Part shown: positions 11,588-24,170 of the stretch, piece by piece
Numbering within the stretch: position 1 is the stretch's first letter
How the letters are laid out: each line of letters starts with the position of its first letter
Source: Macrostomum lignano
Taxonomy: Eukaryota
Assembly: GCA_002269645.1 (NCBI GenBank)
Contig: NIVC01003536.1
Location: 52,623 to 92,373, forward strand
Length of the DNA: 39,751 nucleotides
Reading direction: 5' to 3'
The notes under the pieces: generated by a model
Databases searched by the model: none
Told to the model about the DNA's origin: nothing
The model's input: the letters and a program-made list of their open reading frames with translations, nothing else
Program-made: the position numbers and the translations under genes

Positions 11588-11650
11588 CTGCAGTGGCGGC
11601 GGAGGGGCGGCAGCGGGACTTCTCGGATTGCTAGTCGAAAAACAGTGACT

Positions 11651-12189
11651 GTACTCAGCTGCCCGACTCAGCTACATGTACTCAACTCAGCTGCCCGACT
11701 CAGCTACATGTACTTAACTCAGCTGCCCGACTCAGCTACATGTACTCAACTCAGCTGCCCGACTCAGCTACATGTACTCAACTCAGCTGCCTATCTCAGC
11801 TACATTTACTCAACTCAGCTGCCCGACTCAGCTACATGTACTCAACTCAGCTGCCCATCTCAGCTACATTTACTCAACTCAGCTGCCCGACTCAGTTACA
11901 TGTACTCAACTCAGCTGCCCGACTCAGCTACATGTACTCAACTCAGCTGCCCGACTCAGCTACATGTACTCAACTCAGCTGCCCATCTCAGCTACATGTA
12001 CTCAACTCAGCTGCCCATCTCAGCTACATGTACTCAACTCAGCTGCCCATCTCAGCTACATGTACTCAACTCAGCTGCCATCTCAGCTACATTACTCAAG
12101 TCAGCTGCCCGACTCAGCTACATGTACTCAACTCAGCTGCCATCTCAGCTACATGTACTCAACTCAGCTGCCCAACTTAGCTCAGCTGC
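11651..12189. repeat. 32-bp minisatellite occupying nearly all of RBMS intron 7
   Basis: Unit CTCAGCTGCCCGACTCAGCTACATGTACTCAA. Confidence 0.95.
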
Positions 12190-12193
12190 TCAC

Positions 12194-12880
12194 CTGGAAC
12201 ATGGAAGCAGTTGGAGCGGTGGCCGCCGTCATCTGCTGCGGCTGCGGGGCGGCCGCGTACATGTAGGCGGCGGACTGGGCGGCGGCAGCGCCCGCCTGAG
12301 GCCGGCTGTAAGCGGCAGCCGCCGCGGCCGCCGCAGCCAACGAGGAGGCGGTCGGGGCAACGGCCGGCATGGCGGACACAGGCACCTGGTGATGATGAGG
12401 CTGGTGATGGCTGTAGATGGAGCCGGCCTGCAGCAGCTGGGCGCCAGGCGGATAGGCCAGCCCGGCCGGCGCCGGCGCCCCCCTGGCCGGGTAGCCGGCG
12501 GCTGCGGCAGCGGCTGCAGCGGCGGCGGCGGCTGCCGGGGTGCCCGGCTGCAGGAGGCCCAGCGGCAGCTGCCCAGCTCCCACGAGGCCACCGCCGGCGG
12601 CGGCAGCGGCTGCGGCAGCGGCTGCAGCAGCGGCAGCGGCAGCTGACGCACTGGTCGGCGTAGCCACGGCGCCGCCGCCTCCGACGCCGTGCTGCATGGA
12701 GTGGCCGTGCGGGCCGAGGCTTCCCGCAGTGGATGCGGCGGCGGCAGCGGCGGCGGCCCGCTGCTTCTTGCGCTGATTGGTCTTGTCGGCCAGCTTGGCC
12801 TCGAGCGGTCGAGGGCAGCCGTACTTTTGGCCTAGGCTGGCGCCGTGCTTGTTGATGAAGGCGATGGCGGTGAGGGCGTC
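12194..12880 (-). CDS. RBMS: RBMS-family protein exon E7 (end of RRM2 plus Ala/Pro/Tyr-rich region)
   Basis: Acceptor CCCCGCAG|GAC. Encodes DALTAIAFINK...RPLEAKLADKTNQRKKQR (cf. RBMS PLLCKFADGGQKKRQ), then poly-Ala tracts. Donor CAG|GTGAGC, phase 0. Confidence 0.85.
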
Positions 12881-12974
12881 CTGCGGGGATGCAGTGTGGG
12901 CGGACTCAACTCAGGATTGGGTCAGGTATGAATAGGTCAAGCAGTTGCTGTTGCAGCAGCACCGAGTCTCTCAC

Positions 12975-13265
12975 CTGCTCCTTCTCGAACCGGATGAAGC
13001 CAGCCCCGGTGGCGCTGGTCTGCTGCCTGGTGCCCGGGTCGGTGGCCCGCATCACCCGGCAGGACACGATCCGGCCAGTGATGGCCTTGGCGAGGTCCTC
13101 GGCCAGCTTGTGGCTCATCCAGTCCTCGTTGCACTCGGGCCGGGTCGGCAGGTTTTTGATATAGATGTTAGTCGGGTCCTTCTCGGAGTCCTGGGCGCGG
13201 GTCCGGAGGGTGCGGAAATGGACGGGCGAGGGGGGCGGGAGCGGCTTGCGGATGCGCGGCAGTAT
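12975..13265 (-). CDS. RBMS: RBMS-family protein exon E6 (inter-RRM linker and RRM2); shorter form may start at 13190
   Basis: Encodes QDSEKDPTNIYIKNLP (cf. QQEQDPTNLYISNLP) and GAGFIRFEKEQ. Donor CAG|GTGAGA. A 94-nt intron separates it from E7. Confidence 0.85.
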
Positions 13266-13397
13266 CTGATAGGAGCTCTCAAGCTCTCAGTGCATTCTAA
13301 GCATATTATATGATAACTCCTGCACCGGCATCGGGCACAGGATGAGTAACGTTTTTAAGAGGTGGACAGACCTAAGTAATGGAGACGCAGGGATGTC

Positions 13398-14505
13398 ACA
13401 GATACCAGGGATCCCAGGTATCCCAGGGATATAGGGCAAGCCAGGTATGCCAGGTGTGCCAGGTAGGCCAGGTGTGCCAGGGATGCCAGGGATACCAGGT
13501 ATGCTAGGGATGCCAGGTATGCCAGGGATGCCAGGTATGCTAGGGCTGCCAGGGATGCCAGGTATGCTAGGGATGCCAGGTATGCTTGGGATGCCAGGGA
13601 TGCCAGGTATGCCAGGGATGCCAGGTATGCTAGGGATGCCAGGTATGCCAGGTATGCTAGGGATGCCAGGTATGCTAGGGATGCCAGGTATGCTAGGGAT
13701 GCCAGGTATGCTAGGGATGCCAGGTATGCTAGGGATGCCAGGTATGCTAGGGATGCCAGGGATGCCAGGTATGCTAGGGCTGCCAGGGATGCCAGGTATG
13801 CTAGGGATGCCAGGTATGCTAGGGATGCCAGGTATGCCAGGTATGCTAGGGATGCCAGGTATGCTAGGGATGCCAGGTATGCTAGGGATGCCAGGTATGC
13901 TAGGGATGCCAGGGATGCCAGGTATGCTAGGGCTGCCAGGGATGCCAGGTATGCCAGGGATGCCAGGTATGCTAGGGATGCCAGGGATGCCAGGTATGCT
14001 AGGGATGCCAGGTATGCCAGGTATGCCAGGGATGCCAGGTATGCTAGGGATGCCAGGTATGCCAGGTATGCCAGGGATGCCAGGTATGCTAGGGATGCCA
14101 GGTATGCCAGGTATGCTAGGGATGCCAGGGATGCTAGGGATGCCAGGTATGCCAGGTATGCTAGGGATGCCAGGTATGCTAGGGATGCCAGGTATGCTAG
14201 GGATGCCAGGTATGCTAGGGATGCCAGGGATGCCAGGGATGCCAGGTATGCTAGGGATGCCAGGTATGCTATGGATGCCAGGTATGCTAGGGATGCCAGG
14301 TATGCTAGGGATGCCAGGGATGCCAGGGATGCCAGGTATGCTAGGGATGCCAGGTATGCTATGGATGCCAGGTATGCTAGGGATGCCAGGTATGCTAGGG
14401 ATTCCAGGGATGCCAGGTATGCTAGGGATGCCAGGGATGCCAGGTATGCTATGGATGCCAGGGATATACTATAGGGCAAGCCAGGGACAACCAGGGATAC
14501 CAGAG
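13398..14505. repeat. 9-bp-unit minisatellite (GCCAGGTAT / GCTAGGGAT / GCCAGGGAT)
   Basis: Period-9 variants in RBMS intron 5. Produces the PGM and LASLAY pseudo-ORFs. Confidence 0.95.
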
Positions 14506-15224
14506 ACACCAGCAGTAATCTCGCAGAGAATAATCCTGTTAGCTGAAGTGCATGTAAAATATACATATACATATATTGTACTGATATATATTGTATTCAT
14601 ATATATATGAAGCAGTCATGGGGAATTAGTCTAAAAAAATCCCCTGTCGCATATACAGTTTAAGCGAAAGTTGTGTACACTGTGTTAACACTATAAATTT
14701 ATGAATAAGGATTTTGTATGCAAAATGTTAAAACTATTTAAGCAGTTGGTCAATTGTATACTTACTGAATAGAACAGCTTTATTATGTCCAATCTTGCTA
14801 TTTAAATGCTAGCTCTTATATATGTACTTGTTTTACAGTTGGAATAATGAATATTAAATGGGTAATTAACCAGTTATATACATTCTAAGCATTAAAAGTT
14901 CTATAAAAGCAAAAATTATTTACTATTGTATAATAAATTATTATAGAAATATAGCTAGCTAAAATTGTAATCCAGCCAGATCACATGACTTTCAGCTATT
15001 TTTTTACCAAGTTATTAACTACATGACATAAATAGTGCTACAATATTTACAACGTTTACCGAATCTGAATTCGAGCAGAAAGAGAGCTGCAAATTTCTGG
15101 GTGTCAGGTAAAAATATGAAAGGAAGGAAGATTGCTTGGTACGCTCGAATGTCGCTTGCTGAAGTGGCTAAAATACTCGTAAGTACTGGGATACCGAAAT
15201 TACTGAATCCCTAATGCTTATCCT

Positions 15225-15745
15225 GATGAGATGCGGAATGGGGATATTTATAAGTGATGGGATGCGGAATGGGGATATTTATAAGTGACGCTATGGGATG
15301 CAGAATGAGGATATTTATAAGTATGGGATGCGGAATGGGGATATTTATAAGTGACGCTATGGGATGCAGAATGAGGATATTTATAAGTATGGGATGAGGA
15401 ATGGGGATATTTATATTGATTGGGATAGGAAATGGGGATATTTATAGTGATGGGATGGGAAATGAGGATACTTATAGTGATGGGATGGGAAATGGGGATA
15501 TTTATAAGTATGGGATGGGAAATGAGGATACTTATAGTGATGGGATGGGAAATGGGGATATTTATAAGTATGGGATGGGAAATGAGGATACTTATAGTGA
15601 TGGGATGGGAAATGGGGATATTTACAAGTGATGGGATGCGGAATGGGGATATTTATATTGATTAGGATGGGAAATGAGGATATTTATAAGTGATGGGATG
15701 CAGAATGGGGATATTTATAAGTGACGCTATGGGATGTGATATGGG
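15225..15745. repeat. ~30-bp G-rich minisatellite
   Basis: GGGATGGGAAATGGGGATATTTATAAGTGAT-like units. Confidence 0.9.
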
Positions 15746-16389
15746 GATTATTCCAGAGGCAGAACGAATAAGGATTGGATTGCAGTAATATTAAGAATAG
15801 TATTGAGGGGAATATTGAAGCGATTGTTTAAACAGAGCCCCACGGTTGGGCAGTTAATAAAAAAGGTCAGCACAACGCAAAAATAACAGCAGACTACACA
15901 GAGATCAAAGGTTCGCAGGCCTTATGAGATAGCTAAGTAATATATAAGTGAAATCAGCACAAAAATCCAGTTTCTATTGGTTAATTAAAAAGAAGAAATT
16001 ATCGAAAAATAAGAAAAATAAAGCAACAGAATATTATTTAGCAAAGCAAATCACACTTAGCCCAATGGCACCAGCAACCTGTTGTAGATATTTACCTCCT
16101 TTGCCTGTAGGTAGTGATTGAAAGCGGCATTGAGTTGTTATATTGCAAGTTTTTGGCGCATAAAAAGTAACTTGTACTACTAATACAGTAGTAAATGCAA
16201 GCAATTAACGAAGCAATTAAAGGTGTGTCAAAGCGCCCTGCCACACAGACAGCCACAGAATCTTTTCTAAGATTAATCTCGCATTGCAGTTTGTGGGCGT
16301 GGTCTTTATTGTAGGCGGCCTAGATCAGCTACTGACAGTAGAAATATAGAAATTTTGCTGCCTAAATTGAATTTAGTCCGGGCACTCAC

Positions 16390-16496
16390 CCGGGCGTAGC
16401 TGATCTGCAGTTTGCCTCCGCGCAGAGACGATTTGGTCAAGGCGTCCAGCGCCAGCTGGGCCTGCGTCTCGTCGCGAAAGTCAACGAATCCGTAGC
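16390..16496 (-). CDS. RBMS: RBMS-family protein exon E5 (RRM1 RNP1)
   Basis: Acceptor CTCCGCGCCGTAG|GC. Encodes GYGFVDFRDETQAQLALDAL...QISYAR. Donor CGG|GTGAGT. The phase matches E4 (KG|YGF). Confidence 0.9.
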
Positions 16497-16604
16497 CTAC
16501 GGCGCGGAGAAGGGAGAGCGGATAGTAAGGCCGTGCCGTTGGGAGATAAAGATTGAGACAGATTATCTGACAGTGGGAAACAAATGTGAGATGCGCTAAG
16601 GGTC

Positions 16605-17957
16605 TAAGAGTGAGACTGTGAGAGGCGGACAGTGAGACAGCGAGAACCCAATAGTGAGACAATGAGAGCCCGTGAGTGAGACAGTGAGGTTCAAAAGTGA
16701 GAGTCGGGATGTGAGACAGTGAGACTCCGACATTGAGACAGTGAGACTCGGACATTGAGACAGTGAGACTCCCACAGTGAGATAGTGAGACTCTGACAAT
16801 GAGACAGTGAGACTCCGACAGTGAGACAGTGAGACTCCGACACTGAGACAGTGAGACTCCGACAGTGAGATAGTGAGACTCGGACAGTGAGACAGTGAGA
16901 CTCCGACAGTGAGATAGTGAGACTCCGACAGTGAGATAGTGAGACTCGGACAGTGAGACAGTGAGACTCCGACAGTGAGATAGTGAGACTCCGACAGTGA
17001 GATAGTGAGACTCCGACAGTGAGATAGTGAGACTCCGACAGTGAGATAGTGAGACTCCGACAATGAGACAGTGATACTCCGACATTGAGACAGTGAGACT
17101 CCGACATTGAGACAGTGAGACTCCCACAGTGAGATAGTGAGACTCTGACAATGAGACAGTGAGACTCCGACAGTGAGACAGTGAGACTCGGACAGTGAGA
17201 CAGTGAGACTCCGACACTGAGACAGTGAGACTCCGACAGTGAGATAGTGAGACTCCGACAATGAGACAGTGAGACTCCGACAATGAGACAGTGAGACTCC
17301 GACAATGAGACAGTGAGATAGTGAGACTCCGACAGTGAGATAGTGAGACTCCGACAATGAGACAGTGATACTCTGACATTGAGACAGTGAGACTCCGACA
17401 TTGAGACAGTGAGACTCCCACAGTGAGATAGTGAGACTCTGACAATGAGACAGTGAGACTCCGACAGTGAGACAGTGAGACTCGGACAGTGAGACAATGA
17501 GACTCCGACACTGAGACAGTGAGACTCCGACAGTGAGATAGTGAGACTCCGACAATAAGACAGTGAGACTCCGACAATGAGACAGTGAGACTCCGACAAT
17601 GAGACAGTGAGACTCCGACAATGAGACAGTGAGACTCCGACAATGAGACAGTGAGACTCAGACAGTGAGATAGTGAGACTCCGACAGTGAGACAGTGAGA
17701 CTCAGACAGTGAGATAGTGAGACTCCGACAGTGAGACTCAGACAGTGAGATAGTGAGACTCCGACAGTGAGACAGTGAGATTCCGACAGTGAGACAGTGA
17801 GACTCCGACAGTGAGACAGTGAGACTCCGACAGTGAGACAGTGAGACTCAGACAGTGAGATAGTGAGACTCCGACAGTGAGACAGTGAGACTCCGACAGT
17901 GAGACAGTGAGACTCTGACAGTGAGACAGTGAGACTCGGACAGTGAGACAGTGAGAT
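16605..17957. repeat. 22-bp minisatellite in RBMS intron 4
   Basis: Unit GAGACAGTGAGACTCCGACAGT and variants. Confidence 0.95.
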
Positions 17958-18684
17958 ACAAAGTGAGCGTGGTAGGAGAGTGCGGTGGCCAGTGAGTGAA
18001 TGCTATTAGCTGGAGCGCCGCAAGCTGCTTGGAAAGCAGAGGCACCGCGAACCCTACCGGTATAGCGGCGGATTTCAGCTGCGCGAGAAAATCGCTTGGC
18101 TCGATCAAATATTTGACCAGCTGAGTTGGCAATAAATCCACCATAATATTATTATGTTTTGTGGGATAAATATAAACTGGGAAGGGAAAGTTTGGTGAGA
18201 GCCATGGCGCAAGGCAATGTTGAAATATGTGAGTAGGCGGATTGAAAGCAGAGAGAGAGAGAGAGAGAGAAGGAAATTGTGAAGAGACCAGAGATGCGCA
18301 GGGAAAAGGTGCAAAAGCAAGATGTGAGAGAAAATGCATAGATAAAGGGTTCAGTTAGAAATCGAAGCAATGGACGGTATACGGGCCTTTCAGATGTAAA
18401 GCACGCGTGCTTTGTGTGTTTCCGCTTGGAATCAGCCAAAGAAACAACAATATTTTGCAGCGGGACGGACAATCGGACAAGAGAGAGGAAGAAAAAGACG
18501 GAGGGGAAGGGAGGAGGGGGAAGAGGGGAAGGAAGAGGGGAAAGAAGGGAGGAAAGGGAGGATAGAGGATTAGTAAGAGAGGCAATTTTAAAAAGCAAAG
18601 CTCCGACATAGCGCTGGAACTTGCCAAGCCTTTCTAAGCAGAACTTGCAAGCCCTCCCCCCCCCCAAAAAAAAATTACGGGCAC

Positions 18685-18958
18685 CTTTGCACTGTCCAGT
18701 CTGGTCATCCATAACAGCCTTAGTAGAGTTGATGGCCTCGGCCGGGATGCTGGCGGTGTCAGACACCAGCTGCCGGATGGTCTCGTCCGTGTCGCTGGGC
18801 AGCAGGCCGCGGATGTACAGGTTCGTGTTGCTCTTCCTGTCGGCGTCGCTGCCAACTCCGTTGGTGAGGGCGCCGACTCCGCTGCTAACATTAGTGTTGT
18901 TGTTGTTGCTAGGGGAGGAGTTGCGAGGCGACACGCCTGTAGCGTGTTGCAGCATGTT
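18685..18958 (-). CDS. RBMS: RBMS-family protein exon E4 (start of RRM1)
   Basis: Acceptor CTCACCTGCAG|AAC. Encodes SPSNNNN...KSNTNLYIRGL...STKAVMDDQTGQCKG, matching RBMS LSKTNLYIRGL...STKAILDKTTNKCKG. Phase-1 donor G|GTGCCC. Confidence 0.92.
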
Positions 18959-19661
18959 CTGCAGGTGAGAGGGGGCGGGTGGTCAAGTCATCATAGTAGC
19001 ATTAGTTACAGGGTGTACATCGGCCCCAGGCTTTCTCGTTATCAGGCGGTCTGTGTACACTTAAACGGGGGCGGCTGACCCCCTTGACCTCCCTTGGATG
19101 GCTCACCCATTGCAGTTAAAGCAACAATTTCACATTTCTGTGGCCCCGCGGTGCCTGACAGTACAACCACTCCCACCCACCTTTATGCAGAACTAGTCTA
19201 AATAATGTGCTATCTACTATACAACAGCTCTGTGGTGTCTCGGATTAAAGGCAAAACTACTCAGAAACCAATGACTCAAATACGGCCCGCATGACTCATT
19301 ATTGACGACTTTCACAGTCGCTTTTTAGGCGCTGGATAGAAGCCCAAAGTAAGAGCAAAGGATGCTTTCATCAACGCTCTAGAAAAGCACTATACTCGTA
19401 GACCGCCAGCAATGGCAAAGCCAAGAGCCACGCCTTTGCAACCTTCGATTTAATGCCTTGCAGCATGCATCAAAAGACCCGCGCTGCTGCGGTATCAAAG
19501 TATTCAATGTATTCGACTTCGATCTGAGCTGCAGATAATACTGCCGCCGCTGCTCCCTCCCTACCTCACTCCATCCCTTTGACCCGTGCACCTTTACACA
19601 CACAAGAAGAATCGGTGCGGGTATCGAATGGACCTCGCCCCGAAAAGCCCCCACCATTCCC

Positions 19662-19706
<45 letters not shown>

Positions 19707-22424
19707 ATTTCGCTATTCGCGAGCCATAGGGGGGGAGGTGAATAGCGAGATCGTTCACCTGGAAAATAGGCGGGCGAGTGATGGGAGGAGGAAAGCGAAA
19801 GGGAGGCGGCTCCGCGGCGAGGAAATGGGAGTAAGAGACGAGGATAGTCAGCAGTGAGACGGGGTGGCAGCGCTAGTTTGAGCTCGGAGCGCCGCTCGCC
19901 TTTCCGCATCCTGTTGGGAGGCGGGGTCTCAGATGAGGCGGGGCAGGGGAGGGACGCCGGGTAGAAAGAGGAAAAAATATTCCACCCAGAGGCAGCTCCT
20001 TCTTAGCAGTTCTTCATCAGGCCTGGGTCGATCAGGCCTGGCCTTGTCCGCCCGCGCCTTGCTCTCGAATCTATCTATCTCACCCAAAATATGCTGACGG
20101 GATGAGCAAAGACTGTAGTTGCCAAGCGCGGAAATTTAAAGACAAAGTGAAAAGATGGATACGGGTCATAATACGGGAAGATGCTTCTAATCCTGGCACT
20201 ACCGATATGTAGCGTTTTTACGCTACAGCTGGAGTGAGATAAGCGATATATTAGGCATGTCCATTTAACTGATACCTTTTTCTCAAAAGCATTGGTTGCG
20301 CAAGCCCACAGATCGCTTAAATTAGAAATTTTTGCTTTAAAAATCTGTTATTGTATGGGACGCGAGTTCACCTAGGATAGTAGATTTGGTAGAGAGGAGA
20401 GAGGGAGAGAGAGGAGAGAAAGTGATAAAATAATTAATTAACAAGCAAACAAGGCCATGTTTTTATTCCATTAATCAGCCCTCCCCCTCCTACCCCACGG
20501 CTGGGCAAAAGGAGACGACAGGGCCCCGGCGGAATTCAATTCCAGCCTCCTTCTTCTTCATCCCCAGCCTGCGGCTTCGGTTTCCATCAAGAGGCGGACA
20601 CAGTTGGAAAATTGCATTCTCATTAAAGAAAGTATGGGGCTGAAAGCTGCAGAGAAGAATGGGCGGGGTGGCCCCGCAGTGCCTGATATTGATCCGCCGA
20701 CCAGTTTTTACCTACTGAGCTTCTGCTCTGCAAAGCCTTCCTCTTGCCGTGCTTCCCTGTCTGAGGGTGGGGGGCTTCCCTCCAGCAGTGCCAGACAGGC
20801 AATGTCTTCCTAGCTCCACTAGAAGAGAGAAATCTTTTTCCTGCAATAAACGCCCCCGTGCTGACGAAATGGCAAGTGAGCAGAGAAGCGCAGGCCAAGG
20901 CGTATAAAAATTATGAGGAACCTCTGGGGGGGGCATAAAAATCCTCTGATTTGACCTCCCTAAATAAATGGCACAGTGAATCTAACACAGTCTATTCCAT
21001 TAGTAGCAAAGTTTACTAGTTTTACATGCCAGCACAGGCCAGCTACCGCTCTATAAGGCTCAATTCTTACCACAGCCATGAGCGGCAGTCGAAACTGCAA
21101 GTCGCCAGCGGCGGAGAGTGCGTAAGCGGAATAGATATCCTGATGCCGGCGCTTCATAACCATATCATCAGCGGCTTGGCGCTGACGCTCCCGTCTATCT
21201 GCGGTGCTGCCGGGGGCTCGGGGGGATATCTCGGAGCGGGAGAAACAATGAGAGAGAGAGAGGGACACGCAGACTGAAAACAGGAATGGGAAGAATCGCT
21301 ACTGAGTAACTATAGAAGAAGCTTAGTGAGCAGTGGGCTACTCGGATTGGGGATTAGCGGAGGGTGAGGAGGAGAAGAAAAGGGAAGGGGGAGAGGCAGA
21401 GTAGGGAATATCTGGCGTGCAGCTCAGAGCCGCACACAAATCAGCAGCGACTGGGGAAGGGGTGGCGAGGACAAGCCGAAGCCAAAAAGCAGCATTTTGA
21501 GCGAGCTCGGGGGTGCAAAGAAAGGACCAACACGCAGAGGGGGACGCCGCCTTGCCCCCGCAGAAGCAGACGGGCAGCAAATCATTGGGAATCAGGGCTA
21601 ATCAAATCAATTCACTGAGGGATAGGAGAGAACACTTTCAGAGGAGAGAAGAGGGAGAAGAGAAAGGGGGCGCGCACGCGTAAATTGTGGCCCTCGTTAA
21701 CGCCTGTTTGTCCGCCCCCCCCCTCACGGGCTCCCGAGCGAGTCCTGACCGTGGGGGGGCCTCAGCCCGTCCGCCCCCACCCGCCTCCGGAGTCCAATAT
21801 CTCAACAGCAATCTGCATAGCCAACCCGCCAGAACAAGCTGGCCAGCGTGTGTGTGTGTGTGTGTGTGTGAACAGAGGCAAATGCCTGTGCATGCCGGAC
21901 CAATAGGGTCTGAAAAAAGCGCATAAAAAACTGCGGCAGGAGCGCTTATAAATATGTAAGCTCTAGCCCTGCTCCCTGGGCGCTGGTAAAACAAACACAT
22001 TGAGAGAGCAGCGCGTGGGAGAAACTAAGATAATGTATGCAGCCCTGCATACTGGGGCCAAAAGGATGGTGAAAAGGTTTGTTGCACAGACATATACACC
22101 TAGGTTAGCGAAAAATCGGCCACTTCTAGGCGGCATCAATATCATATCATATTGATATGATATTGATATGATACATCAGTAGGCGGCATCAATATGCAAT
22201 AGTCTCGATTGAAATCGCATGTACTGCACTGCAAATTACACTGCAACTGAGCACAGAGTAGAGAGCGATCAGCCTGCAACTGAACTAAAAATCGGCGAGA
22301 TATAGGAAACAGCTAATAATAATAATAAAGACAAAAATACTGAGGCGGGCAAACTGGACTTGAGGCAAGCAGACTAAAGAAATGGGTTAAATTTCGTCAA
22401 TTAAAGAGCAATTGAAGATCACAA

Positions 22425-22520
22425 AGAGACAAAGACAGAGACAGAGACAGACAGACAGACAGGTACTCAGACAGACAGACAGACAGACAGACACACACAC
22501 ACTAAGACAGACAGACAGAC

Positions 22521-22589
<69 letters not shown>

Positions 22590-22656
22590 GGCAGGCAGAC
22601 AGACAGACAGACAAACAGAAAGACAGACAGACAGACAGACAGACAGACAGGTACTC

Positions 22657-22697
<41 letters not shown>

Positions 22698-22700
22698 CTC
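22425..22700. repeat. (GACA)n microsatellite
   Basis: Long, interrupted GACA run. Confidence 0.95.
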
Positions 22701-23369
22701 AGGAAGGCAGATGGACAGACAGACGGACAGCCATATTAAACTGCCAATGCGATACCAAGATGGATGGGTGCATGGAGGCCAGGCTGAGCAAACAGAGACG
22801 GGACAATTAGCCCAGGGCTCGGGGATTAGCGGCCTGACGGGGTGGGATCTGGGCAGCGAAGGGGAAGACGAGTAGAAGAGGAAGAACAAACCCGAGCCGG
22901 GCTGGCCCAGGAAATTGGATTCGCAAGGGGGATCTTGAGCGGCGAGAGGGCAGCGCTAGGGGGAGGAGCGGCGACTGTCGCCGGCCCGTTCGCGACGAGC
23001 ATTTTGGGAGAAATGCAAATCAGGCCGGCAGATTTAATTCCAATAGCGCCCACCACCCCCCCCCCCTGAGTCCCGCAAACAGAGGGGCGGGCGCAGAGGA
23101 TAGTAATAAGCGGCGGATGCGGAAGGCGGACCGGAGGATCATCAGGGGATCTGGGCGCAAAGGCAAGGCGGGATGGAACGATAAAATAGGCGATATCCAG
23201 TCCGGGCTTTTCCCCAAGGTGACCAGCTGCCAGGACAGTTCCACAACCGCTACTGCTTAAGAAGTTGAGCGGATTGGGAATCTAAATGAATGAGAAAGTA
23301 TTCATTATAATTCCTTATGTGCTCCCAGTTACCGAGCAAAAATTAAGCTGAAAAGGTCATGCAAAACTG

Positions 23370-24170
23370 TCAAAACAGTCATGCAGATTTATCAAAACAG
23401 TCATCTAACACTGCCAACACGGTCATCTAACACTGCCAAAACGGTCATCTGACAATGCCAAAACGGTCATCTAACACTGCCAAAACGGTCATCTAACACT
23501 GTCAAAACGGTCATCTGACAATGTCAAAATGGTCATCTAAAACTGTCAAAACGGTCATCTAAAACTGCCAAAACGGTCATCTGACACTGCCAAAACGGTC
23601 ATCTAACACTGTCAAAATGGTCATCTAACACTGTCAAAACGGTCATCTAAAACTGCCAAAACGGTCATCTAACACTGTCAAAACGGTCATCTAACACTGT
23701 CAAAACGGTCATCTAAAACTCCCAAAACGGTCATCTAACAGTGTCAGAACGGTCATCTAATGCTGCCAAAACGGTCATCTAACACTGCCAAAACGTTCAT
23801 TTAAAACTGCCAAAACGGTCATCTAATACTGTCAAAACGGTCATCTAATACTGTCGAAACGGTCATCTAACACTGTCAAAACGGTCATCTAAAACTGCCA
23901 AAACGGTCATCTAACACTGTCAAAACGGTCATCTAACACTGTCAAAACGGTCATCTAATGCTGTCAAAACGGTCATCTAACACTGCCAAAACGTTCATTT
24001 AAAACTGCCAAAACGGTCATCTAACAGTGTCAGAACGGTCATCTAACAGTGTCAGAACGGTCATCTAACACTGTCAAAACGGTCATCTAACACTGTCAGA
24101 ATGGTCATCTAACACCGCCAAAACGGTCACGCAAAACAGTCAAAATGGTCATACAGAGCTGCCAAAACTG
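23370..24170. repeat. 22-bp minisatellite
   Basis: Unit AAAACGGTCATCTAACACTGTC; GGTCATC recurs at 23641, 23663 and 23685. Confidence 0.95.

Noticed and set aside
11213-12646. 477-aa ORF on +
   Set aside because: It is antisense to RBMS exons E7 and E8 plus the 32-bp array; GC-rich antisense frames stay open by chance.
13447-14610. 387-aa collagen-like Gly-X-Y ORF (PGM repeats)
   Set aside because: It is a by-product of a 9-bp minisatellite in an RBMS intron. There is no signal peptide, no collagen terminal domains and no splice context, and the opposite strand is equally open.
16306-17643. 445-aa SESH-repeat ORF
   Set aside because: Only 16496-16390 is a real exon (RRM1 RNP1); the rest is the 22-bp array.
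12194-18958. Initial impression of an ELAV/Hu gene
   Set aside because: TNLYIRGL, STKA..D..T..CKGYGFVDF, DPTN.YI.NLP and only two RRMs match RBMS/MSSP/shep rather than ELAV.
19379-19910. ORF beginning 1 nt after an acceptor, with a phase-0 GAG|GTAGGG donor (possible extra RBMS first exon)
   Set aside because: It runs through a GA microsatellite and is not protein-like; too weak to call without RNA data.
20208-20227. Perfect 8-bp hairpin TGTAGCGT-TTTT-ACGCTACA as a Helitron 3' end
   Set aside because: There is no correctly spaced CTRR terminus on either strand and no 5' TC end was identified.
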